Under the pieces are notes generated by a model. It worked only from the letters and a program-made list of their open reading frames with translations. It ran no database searches and was not told where the DNA came from. Of a stretch of DNA of 64,000 nt, positions 60,448-64,000 are shown in pieces. A program made the translations under genes and the position numbers. This DNA is from Balanoglossus misakiensis. Its lineage: Eukaryota; Animalia; Hemichordata. Each line of letters opens with the position of its first letter. Position 1 is the stretch's first letter. The stretch is from contig CM082576.2 of the NCBI GenBank assembly GCA_040954595.2, forward strand, positions 10,481,129 to 10,545,128. The letters are read 5' to 3'.

Positions 60448-63400
60448 TGCAGTTTGCTTAGATATGTCAGTAAGATAATTTGATATTTATATGAGCTGAA
60501 CTGCTGTACCACGGATACCATTGGTCTTGTGATACACTATTGAAATAATTTTACCATGAGCATAATGACAAAAATCGAGAACATCATCTTTTTTCTTCCT
60601 CACAGCCTGGTCACGGACGCGTGATGCTTCGTAAAGCACAAAACATGCCTGTCTGTCACGATTCTTCAACCCCGGCAAAAATATCTTTATATTACTTTAC
60701 TTCGTGAAATATCCAAGTTTCCCGTGTAGTACGATTTTGTGTTGTGGTGGCGTAACATTCGCGCATGGTTGTCGGATATAAAAATGTGCAGTATTAAAAA
60801 AGTAACATTTTGTGTAAACACATCAATGTCAACTCGTCCTCCGTTTTAAGAGTACAAAGTCACCACACATTGTGGCGTTATTTGTTCCGTTTCTGGGAAG
60901 TTGTGCGCGCGGTATACTAGTAGTTTCCTGGTTTGGAAACGCGGCCGGTTGTCAGGACGCGTTGGCTGTTCCCGGGTGTGTGATGTTAACGTTTTCTTGA
61001 ATTCAGGTTGCGTGCGCAAAAAAAGCTGGGTCGAGGGATGTTGCGCCTCTCAGGCGAAACTTGGACAAAACCGACATAACAACAGAAGATCTCTTGTTGT
61101 TTCTTCGCATATTCTTTGCAAAAAAAGGTGTTTTCGAGGTTTAAATAAGAAAACGCCCCACAAGATCGCACACCTTAAGTTGACTGCTCTGCGCAAAGAA
61201 AAAAAAAACGAACTTTGAAAAGACATCCATTCCCGTCAGAAAATCTTACAGCATTCCCGGGTTCTTGTTGCGCGATATATCCACTCAGTTGTGATCTGGG
61301 TCACTTCTGATGACCAGCCTATTAGCGGCAGCATAGAATGTACAGATCAAAAGACGCGCACGTCTAGGAGAATTAAGGGTAAACGCTGGGAATCATACCC
61401 CGAGGAGAAAAAGAATTGCGATGTGGGTGCTTACATGAAAAATATCAGAAACGGGAAGTCGGCAAAATGAGACACTTGTCTCGTTCGTGTTGAAAACTTT
61501 CTACTGAATTGTCGGTTGTCAGAGTAACACCACTCAGACCCAAGCGCATATATACAGTCTCAATCTGTGAATTCCTCTATGGCGGCATTTGGTGCACGTT
61601 TTTTCGCTTGGCCACCCAGTGAAAATCTGATTGGTTAGACAGAGTTACCATGGTAACTGTGGCTAAATTAGCATAAGTGACAACACTTCGTCAGATGCAA
61701 GTGGAATTCCTCTCTTGAATCTGACGGAGGGGACGAGATGACTTCGAAAGCTCTTGCTTGAGTACCAGTTTAATAGTTGATCTCAAAAGTGTCGTCAAAC
61801 GCTAGTTTATATCGCATTGGAGATCACCACGGCTAGTCTACTATTTTTTTAAGTTTATAAGTAGAATTAGAACAGAACGCTGACGTAGTTTCAACCAAAG
61901 ACAGTGTTTCAACTTCGGAATGAACAGGTCACGTGAATAGATTGCCATTTATAGCGTTAAATGTCAAACGTGAAAGAGATTACGTGAAAAGTGAATTGTG
62001 ACTTCTATCTAAACAGTACTAAAAATACACTATAATGCTCTGGTAACAAAATCACAAAATTACACCATTTACGTGACCTTTTATGGGTAATAATGTAACA
62101 TAAAATACTGATCCAATTTACATGATTTTTTGTCGGTATGGTTTCTGTCAGAGAACGAAAGGTCTCAATTGCATTCCAACTGGTGCATACAAATATATGG
62201 AACAATTTTAAATGATTCAAATTTATCAGAAGTCTAGCAAAAAGGGTCGATCCTAGTATCTATCGACTTGACTTGAAAAGTTTCCTTATATCACGTCCAC
62301 AATTTGCTCTACATTTTTGAACAATGTTCGTAAGGGCAGGTGGACTTGACTTGAGCTCTGAGTAAACCATTTAAAACACGAACATGGGATTCCTGGTGCC
62401 GGAAATTAATGCCGCGTTTTTTGCCATTTAATGTCGGGTTCCGTAAAACATGTGCAAATCCGAACAAAAGAAAACAATGATTGCAATGATTATCATTTGT
62501 CCAAGCATCAACACAGTGGTATGATAAGCTACATTTACCCAGCAGTGGTTCAACAACCATTTGCGGGTTTATAAAATTGAAAATGGTTGTAATAACATTT
62601 TTTGCAGTAAATGATCGTTTCTGAGTTAAACTTCAGTAACATTTCAAAACAGATCTGGAGCGACTGGCGCGTGCACATATACACCTGTAGATCGCTTTTC
62701 TTAAAAAAAGACACCAACCCAACTCGAAAATTTGCAAGCAGCGCGGTTGATAATTCACAAAATTGCGTAAAATGTCAAATTCCTCCCTGGTTGGCTAGAT
62801 GCCTTCCGGCATACCTCATTGCTCTGCGGGGGTTTTCTAAGAATGAACTGTTCTTGCGAACAGTCGACCATTTAACAGCAAAACGGAACGCGCGCCGTCC
62901 TTTTCAAACCACCGAAATAAGGAACCGCGGGCTTCTTATTTTCGAGTCATTTATGGCATCTCAATGCGGCGCTAGCCCACTGTTTTCTATCGAAGACACC
63001 GATTAGCGACAGAAACACCGTGTGTGCATGTACCAGATTTCGCCGAATTTCACTCTCTTTATGAAAAATGCTATTGAGGGAGATCGTTCCTACTGGGGCA
63101 TCTTGCACTGTGGTTTTTTCTCTCTCTCCACCGTGGCGCGCTGTGTAATCTCGTCCACTTACCAACGCTGCACATTTCGAAGTGCCCCTGTGTTGTCGGT
63201 GCGGTTCCCAGTAATTGAGAGATTGCAAGCATTTTTTTTCTGGCCAGATGCGGTAAATACTGGCAATCATCCACTTAAGTTCCCTGCAATCTGAAGCGCG
63301 GCCAATCGAGTCGTGCTCTGTCTCTACCGAGCAACCCAGTTGGAAGTCCGTCTTGGTGAGCGCCGCTTTCTAACTTCATGACTCAGATACGCCTGTTTAT

Positions 63401-63559
63401 ATATTTCTGGAACGCATTCGAATGCGGAAACATTATCAAATCCCTCGTAAAGGTGACATTTTCATAGCACAAATCCGATTTTAAATTTCCCTCCATACGC
63501 CAATTCGTTTCGCTTTTTCCTTTCCTATGTCAACTTGACAGGTCCAAGTCTCAGCCTAC

Positions 63560-63900
63560 CCGCCCATGACGCAATCTGACGCAACGTCGCCTAATAATAC
63601 CCCTCTACTGTCTATGATAATACCAAGTTATCTAATTTAGCGGTACCAGTCTATAATTTTAATATCATAAAGAATTACGTCATCATATATAGGACGACGG
63701 AATGACAGATTGCGAGGAATTGTTAACCGTTATTATTCGTTGTCAATATTGAAGAAATTCTTACATTTGGGACCGTGGCTGTGTCAATATTAAAACTGAG
63801 GAGATACCTTGTCATTCAGTTTATTACGACCCCGTAAATTTATTTCTATTTCTCGCACTTGGCGGGAAATTGTAGACTTCCCGCCATTTTGACTCGGGTC
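63560..63900. promoter_or_regulatory. Promoter-like motif cluster (paired E2F sites, YY1, ATF/CEBP-type sites) of an unseen neighbouring gene
   Basis: TTGGCGGGAAA (63859-63869); inverted TTCCCGCCA (63878-63886) overlapping CCGCCATTTTG; TGACGCAA x2 (63567, 63577); TTACGTCA (63675); CpG-rich context. Confidence 0.5.
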
Positions 63901-64000
63901 GACGAATGACTGAGAAAGGGTGATTAACATGACGACATATTTATACATAATCACACGGTCGGTCCTCTTTTGTTTCCGCGCTTCACTGCGGAGGGTAATA

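Noticed and set aside
57720-64000. Insm (SNAG plus zinc finger) or another coding gene downstream
   Set aside because: No SNAG-like MPRxFLVK start, no C2H2 pattern and no long ORF within the window.

Overview
Eukaryotic (animal) genomic DNA, AT-rich with many poly-G/C runs. The style suggests an invertebrate deuterostome such as a hemichordate; this is inference only. The six-frame ORFs are almost all spurious. The window holds the 5'-truncated, + strand, multi-exon gene for the Ral GTPase-activating protein catalytic alpha subunit (RALGAPA1/2 co-orthologue). I assembled 34 exons by hand with consistent splice phases: 5,139 nt, about 1,712 aa, ending at TAG 55119-55121. The model includes the RapGAP domain with the Asn-thumb motif [15 protein letters not shown]. 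Exons 1-31 lie within the first 19.6 kb, separated by short U2 introns. One minor-spliceosome (U12-type, GT-AG) intron of 33,492 nt (19590-53081) then splits the C-terminal end of the GAP region. Its 5' end carries an in-frame read-through stop overlapping AATAAA, cryptic U2 donors and a second U11-like site. Its body has no coding gene but several CpG-rich, motif-dense patches that look like enhancers. Other observations: candidate frame-preserving microexons and cassette exons, several MITEs, a LINE 3' remnant, a Penelope-like hairpin with a decayed hammerhead core, and a CpG-rich intergenic region ending in an E2F/YY1 promoter-like cluster.
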